From: Saccostrea cucullata
Taxonomy: Eukaryota
Assembly (NCBI RefSeq): GCF_032062105.1
Contig: NW_026935768.1
Coordinates: 434,001 to 498,000 of the forward strand
DNA length: 64,000 nt
Reading direction: 5' to 3'
Shown: positions 27,201-39,685 of the stretch, one piece after another
Numbering within the stretch: the stretch's first letter is position 1
How the letters are laid out: the number at the start of each line of letters is the position of its first letter
Program-made: the position numbers and the translations under genes
The notes under the pieces: generated by a model
What the model saw: only the letters and a program-made list of their open reading frames with translations
Database searches by the model: none
Told to the model about the DNA's origin: nothing

Positions 27201-28282
27201 CATTCACCTGGCTGGACAGAAGCTCAAGGAGGAGAAACTAGCGGCCCTGAAGAAAGACATGGAAGTCTGGAGGTCAAAGGTTGTGGTGGATGACACGCGG
27301 CAGTACGTCCACCGATGTCTGATTGAGACCGAGCTACAAGAGCGATCAAGAAAATCTCAGAACCAGATCGACAAGTTAAAAGGTCTGCTGAAAGATAAAC
27401 CAGTCAAATTCTCCCTCAGAAGACAAGGTCTGGCCCTGAAGGAGGTGCCTCCTCTAGGTGTGGTGGTAAACCCCAGCGTGGATACCGCCGCGCGGGAGGC
27501 CGGTCTGCCGTTATTACCCGCGGTAGAGAACGAAGGCGTGGAGAAAACTAACGGCTTCAAACCCGGACCTTACGAGGATCACAGCTGGAATCTAGAGAGA
27601 AACAAGATCCCTGTGTATGACTACCAACACAGGCAGTTCAGGGAGACCAAAGGCGCAGACTTCAAGTAAGTGTTAATGAAAAAACTAATCTGTATTAAGT
27701 CTTCCAAGTGAATGCAATGTTTTAAAGAAATTAAGAAAATAAGTTTTATTTATATTTTTTTCGTTTTCAAGATGCACAGAAACTTTCCCTTCAAAGAACC
27801 ATTGTTATGGTTTATAATCAAAGGGAAAAAAATTTGTTAATGTTCTACATGTACTTAAAGAAAAAAACATATCCTAGCAATGTTTAAAATAGACAAGTCA
27901 ACCTATAAATTATTATACATGTATTAAGTGTTAAAGTTTTTAAAATAAATTACACCCCTACCCTATTTACAGTGCTATTCACACGGAGAGGACTAAGCTG
28001 TACAGACGGACTATCGTCCCCCTACAGGACTCAGAGAGAGACAACCATCTCTTCTGGATCCCTGATGACGTCAGTAAATTTGGCCCGTACGAAGGGATTG
28101 AGCCGGTCAGTAAATCAAGCCTCCCTCCTGTAGAGAACCCCAATATAGCCGTGTCCACAGTAATAGCACAAAGGCTACAGTCAACTGACCAGAAACTGAC
28201 CGCTTCTCCAACAGGTGTACGTGCAGATCTGAACTCGGGAATCACAAAGTCTTTCAAGGCCAAGGAGGCATTAGTCAGTTAA
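9253..28282 (+). CDS. CFAP92: Cilia- and flagella-associated protein 92 / KIAA1257-like (DUF4550 domain), ~1397 aa without cassette exons
   Basis: In-frame GT-AG exons: 9253-9595, [11512-11553], [13338-13424], 14497-14740, 15138-15283, 15443-15592, 16022-16160, 16504-16658, 18633-18776, 18943-19132, 20450-20562, 20793-20954, 21787-21999, 22470-22600, 22701-22861, 22981-23123, 23970-24151, 24293-24410, 25688-25860, 26151-26309, 26610-26825, 27064-27665, 27973-28282 (TAA). Motifs YYHLEYYL..KVDVVTYG..WVAWSH..IELRIWDTKDKV (DUF4550-like), GPPMEIEVHDRD and PYGVARVDLSELLLG. Confidence 0.85.
10021..10330. mobile_element. Fold-back MITE in CFAP92 intron
   Basis: Inverted arms cttactttggactttcagtagggcgtg / cacgccttactgaaagtccaaaataag. 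Confidence 0.65.
10955..11110. repeat. Near-perfect 156-bp palindrome with GCGAAGC apex (probably part of a non-autonomous DNA element extending to ~11316)
   Basis: atgaatttaatagctacccattttata.ggtataaactgggttgg...taaaccgc GAA gcggttta...ccaacccagtttatacc.tataaaatgggtagctattaaattcat. Confidence 0.85.
14924..14963 (-). ncRNA. Minimal type I hammerhead ribozyme motif (Penelope-like-element type)
   Basis: Minus strand reads aucua CUGAUGA gccc-acaug-gggc GAAA gcgc UU uagau: full core, 5-bp stem I, 4-bp stem II, palindromic short stem III (AGCGCU). Embedded in an inverted repeat spanning 14888-15009. Confidence 0.7.
16822..18580 (+). mobile_element. Helentron-associated element (HINE) with internal 147-bp tandem array
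   Basis: 5' ttttagctcacctcaacgaagttggggagc, then (ggcgtc)n microsatellite; units start at 17096, 17243, 17390, 17537... (147 bp, about 7 good copies plus degenerate ones); 3' gttgaggtgagc followed by hairpin gtaatctctgattac and T-run. Confidence 0.85.
19251..20201. mobile_element. Non-autonomous TIR element (Kolobok-like)
   Basis: aagaatgggtggacttaa ... ttaagtccaaccattctt, flanked by TCAA/TTAA. Confidence 0.55.
21152..21732. mobile_element. Spy-like non-autonomous element, family A copy 1
   Basis: AAA|gagcaagagcca ... tggctctacctc|TTT with no TSD; inverted homologue at 32943-33527. Confidence 0.75.
23147..23720. mobile_element. hAT-like MITE, 6-bp TSD
   Basis: Perfect 17-bp TIR cagggctcgacattaac / gttaatgtcgagccctg; GGGGAG on both flanks; subterminal ggacaagt repeats. 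Confidence 0.8.
24683..25171 (+). mobile_element. CAG-terminated MITE, 5-bp TSD, copy 1
   Basis: ATGTG|cagcgatttttt ... aaaaaatgctg|ATGTG; close homologue at 55700-56187. Confidence 0.8.
25268..25475. mobile_element. TA-flanked MITE rich in tcgcg/cgcgaaaa repeats
   Basis: TA|ctgtaaatcact ... agtgatctacag|TA. Confidence 0.75.
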
Positions 28283-30813
28283 TGAGAAATGGTACAGAAG
28301 AAAAAATTATATTTCTGTTATCTATATCTCTAGTTTATGTCATTTCCAGTAAAAATATTGACTTTTATTTGGTAAGAAATACTGCTGATTGTTTACAAGT
28401 TTTGATACAATCATTGAAGTCCAAAAGTGTATAAAACTTACATGAATTTTGTTATTTCTGCTGAACTTAAAGGTGCCTTCATGAATGTTTACATATTAAT
28501 AGATTCCTCTATTTTTTTGATCTGTGATAAATGTCCGTATTATATTTATTTGAAGTATTAAAATATATATATTTTTGTATATTAGTTTTAAATTAGTACG
28601 TACATGTAGTTTTAAAAAATTACATTTATATTATTAATTTGTGCATGAAAACAAGTTATTAATGCTGATAATTCAAGTCATTTTGGGTGTATTTGAAACA
28701 GACACATATAGTAATTTTTTATATGTGTGGGTTTTTATCAGAATGCATGATTGACAGAACAATGTATGGAAGTGAAACTGATTAAAAAGTGTTGCGTGAA
28801 TTTCATTCAAAAGGTTGGTGATAAATATCTCCACGTATGATATTTTCATCACAAATCGGTGGAAAACTGCTGACAATTTTAACATGTATACATATATAGA
28901 GTATTATATAAAGGAACAATGTCATGTCACTTCAGAGTGGTGATATCCTTAGTGGTCTATACTGCTGGTAGTTGATAAAGTCCCAAATCATACTGTTAAT
29001 GTGGTGTTATTTATATCCATATATTTCATGTACTTAATGTTGTGACACTGTGGCTACTATTTGTGATGTTTTTGTTATAAGTTATGAATACCATTTTTAC
29101 TGTATAAGTTGGTCACTTCAAATACTATTATACTGCAATTTCCAAGAGTAGGTGTGAAATCCAATACTATTTGAACATTTCTTGGATTGTTGTTGAATTG
29201 GATTTTAAAACTAGACTTTACATCAATATATATCTACATATGAATTGACATTAAGTTCATAAGAAAATGCAGTATGTTCCTTATAAAAAAAAGTTAGATT
29301 TGTAGTTAAGAATTGGAAATTTAGCATTTACAGGCATTTACTTGCTGTCAGTGGTTTATACATTGTAAATCTTGGAGAGAAAAAAACATTTGTTATAATA
29401 ACCTGTGTTTATTTGAAGTGTCTTGTTACATAATTGTATTAACTGTATTAACATGTCAGTATTGTGTGTGTTTTATGAAAGGATGTACATATATTTATAT
29501 ATTATTATCATTTTCAGCCGTAATGTGAGATGTTCCGGTTTTAAATATTCATTTCAACATGAATAGTCTCAGTTATATTCAAGATTAAAGATAAAATTTA
29601 TATTTATTTTATGAAGACATATCTGCACTGAGTTAATCGTAGTAAACAGCCTCTGTCCAGATTTTATTTTTTATTTTGTTGGGCACTTTGTCCTAACTTG
29701 GGCAAACTTTGTTGTTTTGTGGCACCAATCCCTTTACAAAAGCTGTTTTCAGCAAATTAGTGGCCTATAATTCTGTGATTGATTTATACTGTTTATTTTT
29801 TATATTTTATTTCTTATTAATTACTTCCAATAACAATAAATGCTTATTTTCACTATCAATTAACTTCTATCTTTATATTTTCATTGACTTTCAGGGAAAA
29901 AGAAGTTTGTTTATTGGGGCATTTGAAATGAAATTACATACAGCTCACAGCTTTTCAAGATACCTTGGTAAAAGATAAATATGACCAAATACCTAGCATA
30001 ATGTTTCCTTTTTTCCCCATAATTATATGTATACAGTTATCTGGTATATTCTAGTACTGATTCTAATTATGAGGTACAAGTATTCCCCTAAAATATGTAC
30101 CAGTACACGAATATGTATCGTATATGCATTTAAAAAATTGTTCATTCAAACTTATAAATAATCCAGAATTGTTCAAAGTTCAATACGATTCACCTAAAAA
30201 AGTTTATTGCATAGCTGTATAAAATAAACATTATGCACAGAGATACATGATGTACAAGGTACATGTATGTAATCTTTTAATATTTTGCCATAACAAATTT
30301 ATTTAAAAAAAAAAAACTCTAATACATTGTACTACTTCATAAAGTACCCATAACACATTTTATACATAGGAATGCATGAAAATGAAAAGACATTGCTCGC
30401 TCAATACACATAGATAATGCATGTTTTGTAGTTGGATATGGAATTTACTCTTATAGTGGAACAGGATTCATTTTATGTGACAAAACTTGTTTACAAGTCA
30501 TGTCTTACAAGTAAAATGAATACCAAGAAGTTTTGCTGCACTTTTGATATTTTTTCATAATGTGAAAAATATAAATCTTCTTTTTCCCATGAATAAATTA
30601 CTGTATTTCATTGTTGAAAATGTAATAAATTACTAACAAAGAACGAGACATTGACAGGAAATTTTAAGTCCTTAGTGTACAAAATTCTTCAATGTTCTAA
30701 TTTGACAATATACTGATAGATTAATTAATTCTTATTTAAAATATCACAATCTTTTTCAGTCATATCGGAGTAGAACTTGGAAATAATCTGAAATCTCATG
30801 ATTCAGGGCAATA

Positions 30814-33800
30814 TCACAAAGGATTCACATCCTGTTTTGAAATGCTCCAAATTTCTCCATGTTTTATGGTCCTAAAGCTGTTCTCTGGTAGATTTAGTTC
30901 CTTCAAACGTTTTGCCACTAATGTAGGTGGTTCCAGATAGTACTGAAAATAAATGGAATTTTAGAGTCAATTTTATATTTAAAATAATACAGAAGAGTGC
31001 ATTTCATTTCTTACAACCATGTTTATGTAATCAAACTTTCAACTATCACCATGATCACTTTCATCGGCATAGTATTTTCTTCTCCTGGTTTCCTATTTCT
31101 CAATGAGGGTTGTTCGAAAAGTTCGTGAATAAGCACCATAAAATTAAAACCGCTTAAGATACATCAATGAATTTTTTAATGTTTAATTAGCATCATCTTT
31201 TTTTATTTATATAATAAACTAAACATCATTAATTATCTTTATTAATAAATTGTTGATGTTTTCTAAAGCAATGGTTTATTGTCCAGGCGGCGCAACTTCG
31301 AAGATTACGTTTTTTTAAACCTAAGTGTAACTAGAAAAAACACTTTTTTTTTTAATATGAGCATTTGTCCTCCAAAAATGCCGTTAATTCACTCATGCAG
31401 TATTACAATATCATACTGTAAAATTTGCAACTTAGCCCCATTCTGTAAGTTCCATGAAATTTCATAATAAATTTAATATGAAATGTCCAAACAATTTATG
31501 AGTTGTAATGACGTCAGAAAGAGACGGGTGGGTATCTTTCTCTAACATGCTATAAAGTTTCACCCCCTGAAAAACTGGCATAGACCTAGGAAATATTTAA
31601 ATTGGCCATTGAAAAATAAAATGCATTCTTAGTACATGTACTTGTTTTTAAATACCGAAAAAGATTAGAGAGACGAGAAATGTAAAAGTTAATGTCAAAT
31701 TGTAGTAAGGGTGTTCAAAGTTTGTCACGTAGAAAAGTGACGATCACGTGTGATAGATGTGGAACGCCAACAAGCAAATATGCTGTACAGTTATAATTAA
31801 GGGGGCCGACTATAGCTTTCATTGCGCAATATTTCGTGCATCATAGTAAAATGTAGCGTATTTGCTGTTTTAATGGAACCCTTTTCGCTTAATTATTATA
31901 ATTAAACAAAATTAAGAAATTATAGGTATGAAAATGTAACAAAATTTGATATAACTGATTTTTTAAACAGATTTTGCTACTGATAGGTAGGTTGACGTCG
32001 TTTCAGTGTGTTTTTGACGTTATGATATTCTGTACCTCTTAAAGAAAGGGGTAATAAAATATTATTAAAGAAAAAGTAAAAAAACATACGCTCTTGAAAT
32101 TTAAAACATAAAAATTTGAGAATATCTCCAATAATTTTATTATGTTATCATGTGAATCCATTGTGTATACGTCATATTTTGTAGTACTCTATAAAAAGAG
32201 TAAAATTTGCTAATTTTTTGCATTTTGAGATGCCCCCTCTGGTAACAAGACGGTAGAATTTTGTATTTCTTGCATATATTGTATAACATAGTATTACTCA
32301 TCAAATATTATAGTTTGAACAAAATGTCTATTGTAGTACATATATTGTATAACAGATATAGTATTACGATTTTTCATCAAATTTTTATGTTATAGACAAT
32401 TTTGAACAAAATGTCTATTGTACTGTATTTGTATAATTTGCTTTAAAGTGCTAAAAATTGGCATTTCCCTATATAATCCTATAGTAAATGTACCTGTATT
32501 TTGAGACGGTCCCTCAAAAATACCTGGACGGCAGATTTCCCCCAAACTTTGCATGTACACTGAAGATAATGTAAGTTATATATGGTATAAAAATGAAGAG
32601 TTTCACTATTGTAGTTTTCACACAATAAAACTATAGTCGGCCCCCTTAAGTTAGAATCTTTCATCATGTATAGATCTACTTACAATATCATATGCATTGA
32701 AATCAGCTATTCATGACATTTTAAAATTATTAAACAAGACGAGTTTGAATCTTTACTTATCTCCAAGGAATCTCATCAAGATAAGTGAGGTAGAGAATGT
32801 GGACATTGAGAAACAATGACGTCAACAACGAATGGTGACTGCGCCGGGTGAACAAATATATGATAATTTGGAAAATATTTAAGGTATAAAGCTAAAATTT
32901 TCAACATTTTTCTAACTTTTGTTGTTTTATGTTCCTTAAAAAGAGGTAGAGCCACTTTGGGCATTATTTGGCCCTAAGAATTTCTGAAAAATCAAAACCG
33001 CTCAATTTAGGTTGCAAATGCAGTATTTATCACTTGGAGTGTTGGTGACCACGTATCTATTTATCATGACCTAATTTTCCCTCTAGTCAATGCATTATGA
33101 CGTCATAAGATGCGTAATTTTCCCAATATCCCGTAAATTCCTTTGAAAATGGCCTAAAGTTGAAGTATGTTTTCAATATTTAATATAGAGCACAACCTCT
33201 GATCCAAAATACCGGTATGCAAATACATAATGAAAGATGTTTCTGAAGATCAGAAAATATGTTTTATTTTTTGGATCGTGGGCTGTGCTCATATTTTAAT
33301 TCTTTGCTGAAGGTAGTCAAGTAGGCATGTTTTCTGCAAATTTCAAGAACATTGCAATTTCTCAAAGCCTGTTTTCCAATATCTGGATTCTCAAAAAGAA
33401 ATTTTAATATAGGAAATGAAAGCATCAAGTGTCTACTTTATTTTGATATATGAAATGGGAAAGAGGGTGATAGGTTATAAATTGATATAAGTACAGGGCC
33501 ATTTGATGCATAAAGTGAACTTAGCTCTTTTGTAAGCATAAATTTCATAGTATTAATTTTATCACATCTATCTTCGAACTTTTCGAACAACCCTCGTATT
33601 TTGTACATTTACAGTGTATGTACAGGCCTTTAATAATTTCTACATTCATTTCTATGTGTCTTTCCCCTTAATTTGTTTTATTTTAAAATTTTGGTTTACT
33701 GTCAATTAAATTTCAAATGTTACATTATCAATATATGTATCTACATCACCCCTTAAAAATATCTGACAACAATATGCCTCATCAGTAAGATAAGACTGTA

Positions 33801-36800
33801 ACTTCCCGATCCTATACTAAGCATACATTACCTCGTAACATCCCATCTGTTTAAACGTGCCCCAGTGAACGCCCAGGGAGAACTTGGAGTTGATTTCTTT
33901 GTGGATATCTACAGACTGTTCAGGACTCACATGCTGGGGATGCATATACCATCTGTAATTTAAATGATTAAAAAAATTGTTACTATAGATCAACAAAATA
34001 TTTACAACCCCTAACTTCCCACAAGATAGGTACAGTAAAACACGCTTACAGTGAATGCATTAATACTAGGGATGTCAAAATTGTCAATAATTGATATTCG
34101 AATATTCGATAGAAGTATTCGAATATATTCGAATATTCGATAAAATTACTACATCTTGCATATGTATCTTCACTCTCCTGTCAAGTAGTATAGGTTTTGT
34201 GGCACTATTTTGGAATAAAAACTCGTGTAGAGCTCGGTAAATGCGCTGCATTTATTTTTTTTTTAATAATTGAATATTATATAATTTATATCCAAAATGC
34301 AATGATTGTTTTTTGAAAATTCAAAGATTCTTTAATTAGTATGTTCCAGATTATTTGATCGTCTTACTAAAGTATACACCGATAACTCCTACAAACTTAT
34401 ACAAAGCAGAACAATTACATGTATCTAACGGTGAAATATTAAAAGCAATTACCTTTTGCTAATTATAATTTCCTGTTAATGATTTTAACTGTATTTACAT
34501 AAACAGAGAGTCCGTGTGTTTACTGTAAAACTGTGTCCTTACAACAATACAAGCTGATTGTAGGTATTGGAGGTACTATTATACCACTATTCTAATTAAG
34601 TGAACAAATAAATAAATTACTCTGAAACACTCTTCACACCTTCAAGGTAATCCAAGAGGAGTGTTTTTTTTTTTTAATTTTGCACAACCTTGATTCAATT
34701 TCTAATAAAACTTGCCAGGTTTTTCTCTCTTATTAATGCTTGTATACTTAAAAACGAATATTTGAATCATGAATTAATATTCGAATATCAACTCTTCGAA
34801 TGAATATTCGAATATTCGAATATTCGTTGACATCCCTAATTAATACAATAGCAATGATTTTGATATTTTCATTCCCTTGACTTTAAAATAGAATATTCCT
34901 AACATGTGCATGTGAATAAAATGTGTAGGTAGGGATAAAATGACTGTAGCACTATCAAGAGTGTGGTATACCAGTATTTCTTACCTTGGTTCATATGCTC
35001 CGATTGGCAGCACACTCAGGGAGAAGGGGCCGTATTTTCTCCCAATCTGCTGAAAGGCTGTCTTGTTATAGCCAGTATCACCACCAAAGTAGAAAGAGTG
35101 GCTCTCTCCCTTCACAACCCAGCTGCACCAGAGTCTCTGTAAGACAATTTAAGATCAAATTGACAAATAATTGTCAGATTATTAAACAGAGATCTCCAAC
35201 TTGGAAACCTTGGGTAACTTAAATTTTAAAAAAGTGTGCTTTTAAGGTCCATGAAGTAATACCTTATTTTGATCAATCCCCGTCCTGGTACACCAGTGTT
35301 GGGCGGGGGTACAGGCAAATGTTACCCTGGGGCTTGGCTTGTCAGATACCTGATGTTGTATCTCCCCCCACCAATCTCTCTCCTCCACATTCACGTCTTG
35401 ACAGCCACAGTTTATAAACCACTCCTTCAGACCCATGGGTACATAATATTTAGCCTTGGGAAAGTTTTCTTTGATCTCCATGATAGACTCTGTGTCCAGA
35501 TGATCGTAATGGTCATGACTAATTAAGACCACATCCACTGGCGGGAGCTCTTTGATTTTACATGGAACTGGTCGGTACCGTTTGTAACCAAAGTGCTTCA
35601 ACAGTTCTACTCCAGCAACTTTGAATGTGGGACTACAGCGTTCACTGAATATTGGATCACAAAGGATGTTAATCCCTTCCATTTGCACAAACACTGTTGC
35701 ATGACCAATCCAGAGGACTTGTATACTGTCTGGGTCAGGATTTTTTAGCTTTACAAAATCCACAGGCAAAACAGGCAAGGTTTTGTCCAGCTCCTTCAAA
35801 CAAGTATAAAACATCTTAGTTAAATTCAGTCTGATATTAACATGATTAATAAAATCTTTTACACAGAAAAAAGTAACATACAAGCATTCATAATGACTAT
35901 TTCACTTTGCATTTACAGGGAAATCATTTGATTCTGACAAGGGGGACGGGGACTGGCAATTTTATTGAGTTAAATTTGAGAAATTTCCAAAAAAAGTTAG
36001 TAGGGCCTTAAGCTCTTGAACTCTAAAACTCTGTGTTTTTTTATATCGGGTACACATGGTACACTGGAGAGGAGTAGTAGCATCTGTCAACTAATGAACA
36101 ACCAGTAACTACATACAAAGTTATTCAAATGTCCTGGCCGTAGGAACTGGGGACCCCCCCCACAATTTTACCGATATATATATAGTGTTATAGCATACTA
36201 TAAAAACATATCTACTATACGCCCCCTCAATAAAAACGTCTGATGACTTTTTTTTTTTTTGCTTGCCAAGGAATTTTTGGTAGTTGAGAGTGCAGCCCCC
36301 AACTCGGCAACTGAAAATTCTGAAAATATATACCGTTGCGCCCCCATTCCTTCCCCTAACTGAAATTTCTTCCTACAGGCCTGAATCCATTTGTGATAGT
36401 ATAGATTTATATTTATTTTATTGGTATTGTTTAAATAAAATAAATTATTATGAACTTAAATTTCAATGATTACATAAACAAGTTTCCATATTCTAAGTTA
36501 TTTATTAATTTAAGTCATTCATGGGTTTCCATAGGTAGTGTAGTATGTTGTTCATGGTTCAGTGGTTTTATTCCTGGTTGGTTAAATTTTCAGTGTCAAA
36601 GGTAAAAGTCTTAGAGGGTATAGTGATATTAGGGTATTTGATTTTCATTCCTAGATATCTGTTTTGTACACTGCAAGTGTTGTTAGAGGTTTTTGGACTG
36701 TACTGACATTGACAGAAAAGGAGTTTCTTAGCCATAGCTGTAAATACATACATAATTATAAAGAACTGGTTCTGATACCATATATCTGGTACGATCAATG

Positions 36801-37381
36801 TTTTGTGAGTTGAATTTGTTTGTGGTGTTTGATTGTGTTTTCTGTGTGAACAAATTGTTTTGCACTGATGAATTTGAGAAATATTGATTAATTTGTTTGA
36901 TTTGATACAACATTGATTTTATATTATAATTGGGAAAAGCTAAATTGATTCAGTTTTACTATTCTATCTAAATTCATATCTATTTCATTTCAAACTAATT
37001 GACTATTATTTGTGTTCAATTTTGAAATTGAGTTATTTCCCTTTGATGTGTGTTTTGTGTTGTAATGTGCATGTATGTTTATTTTATGTTAAATTCGTAT
37101 GTATTTCAGAGCCTAGCTGTTTATATGTTGACAATGTGACATCAATAAATCTGTTACTACCAGCATAGTTATTTCTACTATTGGAAAACCGTAACACATC
37201 TCAACATTCTGATAATTCCTCTCACCTTGGGGTCTGTGGGAATATTACTGTTATCTTTTTCAACCATTCTTAGCTTCAGAAACTCCAGTTTGTTGGGCAT
37301 CTTCCAAGAGTCAAATTCCACCGGGTTTTCCCATCTTCCATTCTTAAACACAGCTTTTATTAGTTGACTTAGATCTGTCAT
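30814..37381 (-). CDS. NAPEPLD: N-acyl-phosphatidylethanolamine-hydrolysing phospholipase D (metallo-beta-lactamase fold), ~362 aa
   Basis: Exons 37381-37226, 35793-35263, 35136-34985, 33952-33832, 30942-30814 (TGA), 1089 nt in frame. Motifs [25 protein letters not shown] (HxHxDH), [31 protein letters not shown]. Confidence 0.92.
31801..32645. mobile_element. TTAA-TSD element (Kolobok-like)
   Basis: TTAA|gggggccgactatag ... ctatagtcggccccc|TTAA. Purine-starting termini argue for Kolobok rather than piggyBac. Confidence 0.8.
32943..33527. mobile_element. Spy-like non-autonomous element, family A copy 2
   Basis: AAA|gaggtagagcca ... ttagctc|TTT; reverse-complement homologue of 21152-21732. 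Confidence 0.75.
34067..34838. mobile_element. hAT-like MITE, 8-bp TSD
   Basis: tagggatgtcaa / ttgacatcccta; TSD ATTAATAC on both sides; subterminal (gaatattc)n palindromic repeats. Confidence 0.85.
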
Positions 37382-37732
37382 CCTGTTTGAAAAAAAGTAA
37401 TTTACTATAATTTTTCAAAATTACAAAATAACAGAATCGTCCATAGGAATTAATTCAATTTTTATGATAATTATCTTTCAATTTATCCACATCAATCATT
37501 TTCTCCGGTTTATCTCTCACTTACTTTCATAAACAGGATCTCTCCTGATGTCTTAAACAGAAAGAAATCAGCTGATTAGTTAGAGCACCGACTTGATTAA
37601 TGGTATTTTCCAAAAAATATTGGAAAGACGCATTGAATTTCCGCAAAAATTCTAAATTCGGTTAAAACGAAAGTACTGTACAAAAATAGCCCCCGGATTA
37701 CCGAACCCGACATGATTAAACACGCGGGAAAG
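37382..37732. promoter_or_regulatory. Putative bidirectional promoter region for NAPEPLD and RFC2
   Basis: Divergent ATGs are ~350 bp apart. Candidate NAPEPLD 5' exon donor at 37525 (aaa|gtaagt, minus strand). YY1-like aagatggcc overlaps the RFC2 ATG. Confidence 0.55.
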
Positions 37733-38773
37733 ATGGCCGATCAAGAAATGGAAACTGATGAAATGCCACGTTCTTCAAAGATGTCCACGAAGTCTGTTCA
37801 TGCACATGAGCAGCCATGGGTAGAAAAATATCGACCGATCAAGCTTCATGATATAGTAGGCAATGAAGAGACCATCAGACGTCTGGAAGTTTTTGCCCGC
37901 GACGGAAATGTCCCCAATTTAATCATTGCTGGTCCTCCTGGAACTGGAAAAACCACAAGTATTTTATGTCTAGCCCGAGCAATGTTGGGGCCATCCTACC
38001 GGGATGCTGTTCTAGAAATGAATGCATCAAATGACAGAGGCATTGATGTTGTGAGGAATAAAATCAAAATGTTTGCTCAGCAGAAAGTTACTTTGCCCAA
38101 AGGAAGACACAAAATTATCATTCTGGATGAAGCAGATAGCATGACAGATGGTGCTCAGCAAGCTTTAAGGAGAACGATGGAGATCTATTCTAAGACCACA
38201 CGATTTGCACTGGCCTGCAATGCTTCTGAAAAAATCATAGAACCCATACAGTCGCGATGTGCTGTTTTACGTTACTCCAAGCTGACTGATGCGCAAGTGT
38301 TGAAAAGACTTTTGGAAGTATGTGAGGAAGAATCCGTTAGTTATACTGATGATGGCTTAGAAGCCATTGTGTTTACAGCACAAGGAGACATGCGACAGGC
38401 TCTGAACAACTTACAGTCAACATTTCAAGGCTTTGGACACGTTAACAGTGAAAATGTCTTCAAGGTGTGTGATGAACCCCATCCCATGCTGATACAAGAT
38501 ATGCTACAACATTGTGTTAATGGAAATGTGGAGGAAGCCTACAAAACTATGGCACATCTCTGGAAGCTTGGATACTCAGCAGAAGATATTATCACTATTA
38601 TCTTCAGAGTCTGCAAAAACCAAAACATTCCAGAATTCCTGAAACTTGAATTTATTAAAGAAATTGGGTATACCCACATGAGAATTGCAGAAGGTGTTCA
38701 ATCCCTGTTACAAATGTCAGCTTTGTTAGCAAGACTGTGTAAAAAATCTGCTCAGCCAGGAATGAAAGGATAA
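37733..38773 (+). CDS. RFC2: Replication factor C subunit 2 (clamp loader AAA+), single exon, 346 aa (353 aa from the upstream ATG at 37712)
   Basis: PWVEKYRP, Walker [44 protein letters not shown], Walker B ILDEAD, SRC motif; uninterrupted ORF. Confidence 0.95.
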   Translation: MADQEMETDEMPRSSKMSTKSVHAHEQPWVEKYRPIKLHDIVGNEETIRRLEVFARDGNVPNLIIAGPPGTGKTTSILCLARAMLGPSYRDAVLEMNASNDRGIDVVRNKIKMFAQQKVTLPKGRHKIIILDEADSMTDGAQQALRRTMEIYSKTTRFALACNASEKIIEPIQSRCAVLRYSKLTDAQVLKRLLEVCEEESVSYTDDGLEAIVFTAQGDMRQALNNLQSTFQGFGHVNSENVFKVCDEPHPMLIQDMLQHCVNGNVEEAYKTMAHLWKLGYSAEDIITIIFRVCKNQNIPEFLKLEFIKEIGYTHMRIAEGVQSLLQMSALLARLCKKSAQPGMKG

Positions 38774-39017
38774 ATGAGAACCTGTGTATGTGTATGACAA
38801 ACTTCCGTTATTATATCAATTTTAAAGACACTTTTATTCTGATGAAGAACATGCTGGTAAATCTAAGAAATATCAAGAACACTAACATAATTATGCATTT
38901 CTTGTAGTAATTTCCTTATTTTTGAAAGACTTGCACAATGCACATATGTAAGAAGATGTACTTCTGCTTGTATTATGAAGATATAAACCAACATGTGCAA
39001 GGAATCTTAATTTTGTC

Positions 39018-39053
<36 letters not shown>

Positions 39054-39150
39054 AGCTTTTCTGGTCAAAATTTGTCCTTTGTCTGTCGTTGTTGTTGTTG
39101 TTGTTGTCATCATTGTAAACTTTTCACATTTTCATCTTAAAATTCTTCTA

Positions 39151-39181
<31 letters not shown>

Positions 39182-39278
39182 TCCACAAAGTATCCTTGGG
39201 TGAAGTTTGTCCAAATGAAGGGCCATGCCCTCTTCTAAGGGGAAATAATTATGAATTAGTTGAAAATTAATGGCATCT

Positions 39279-39312
<34 letters not shown>

Positions 39313-39685
39313 GGAAAGATGAAACTCATGTGGAAGCACCCTCTGGTAGTGTAGATTCAAGTTTGTTCAAATCATGACCCCCGGGGGTAGGGTGGGGGCA
39401 TTATGGGGGGGGTCAAAGTTTAACATAGAAATACATAGGGAAAATCCTTAAAATTCTTCTTCTCAAGAACCACTGGGCCAGGAAAGATGAAACTCATGTA
39501 GAAGCATCCTCTGGTAGTGTAAATTCAAGGTTGTTCAAATGATGACCCCCAGGGGTAGGGTGGGGCCATTATAGGGGGGTCAAAGTTTAACATAGGAATA
39601 CATAGGGAAAATCCTTAAAATTCTTCATCTCAAGAACAGCTGGACTAGGAAAGATGAAACTCATGTGGAAGCAACCTCTGGTAGT

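Larger units (their letters stand above)
31105..33596. mobile_element. Non-autonomous mariner-type element hosting two nested insertions
   Basis: gagggttgttcgaaaagttcg ... cgaacttttcgaacaaccctcg|TA. Colinear with 3425-4507 once 31801-32645 and 32943-33527 are removed. Confidence 0.8.

Noticed and set aside
33770-33790. Second CTGATGAG hammerhead core (minus strand); other ctgatga hits were also inspected
   Set aside because: No stem II followed by GAAA at the required spacing.
36568-36913. Two overlapping minus-strand ORFs in the NAPE-PLD intron
   Set aside because: Low-complexity N/Q/T-rich translations, no recognisable domain, no convincing splice sites.
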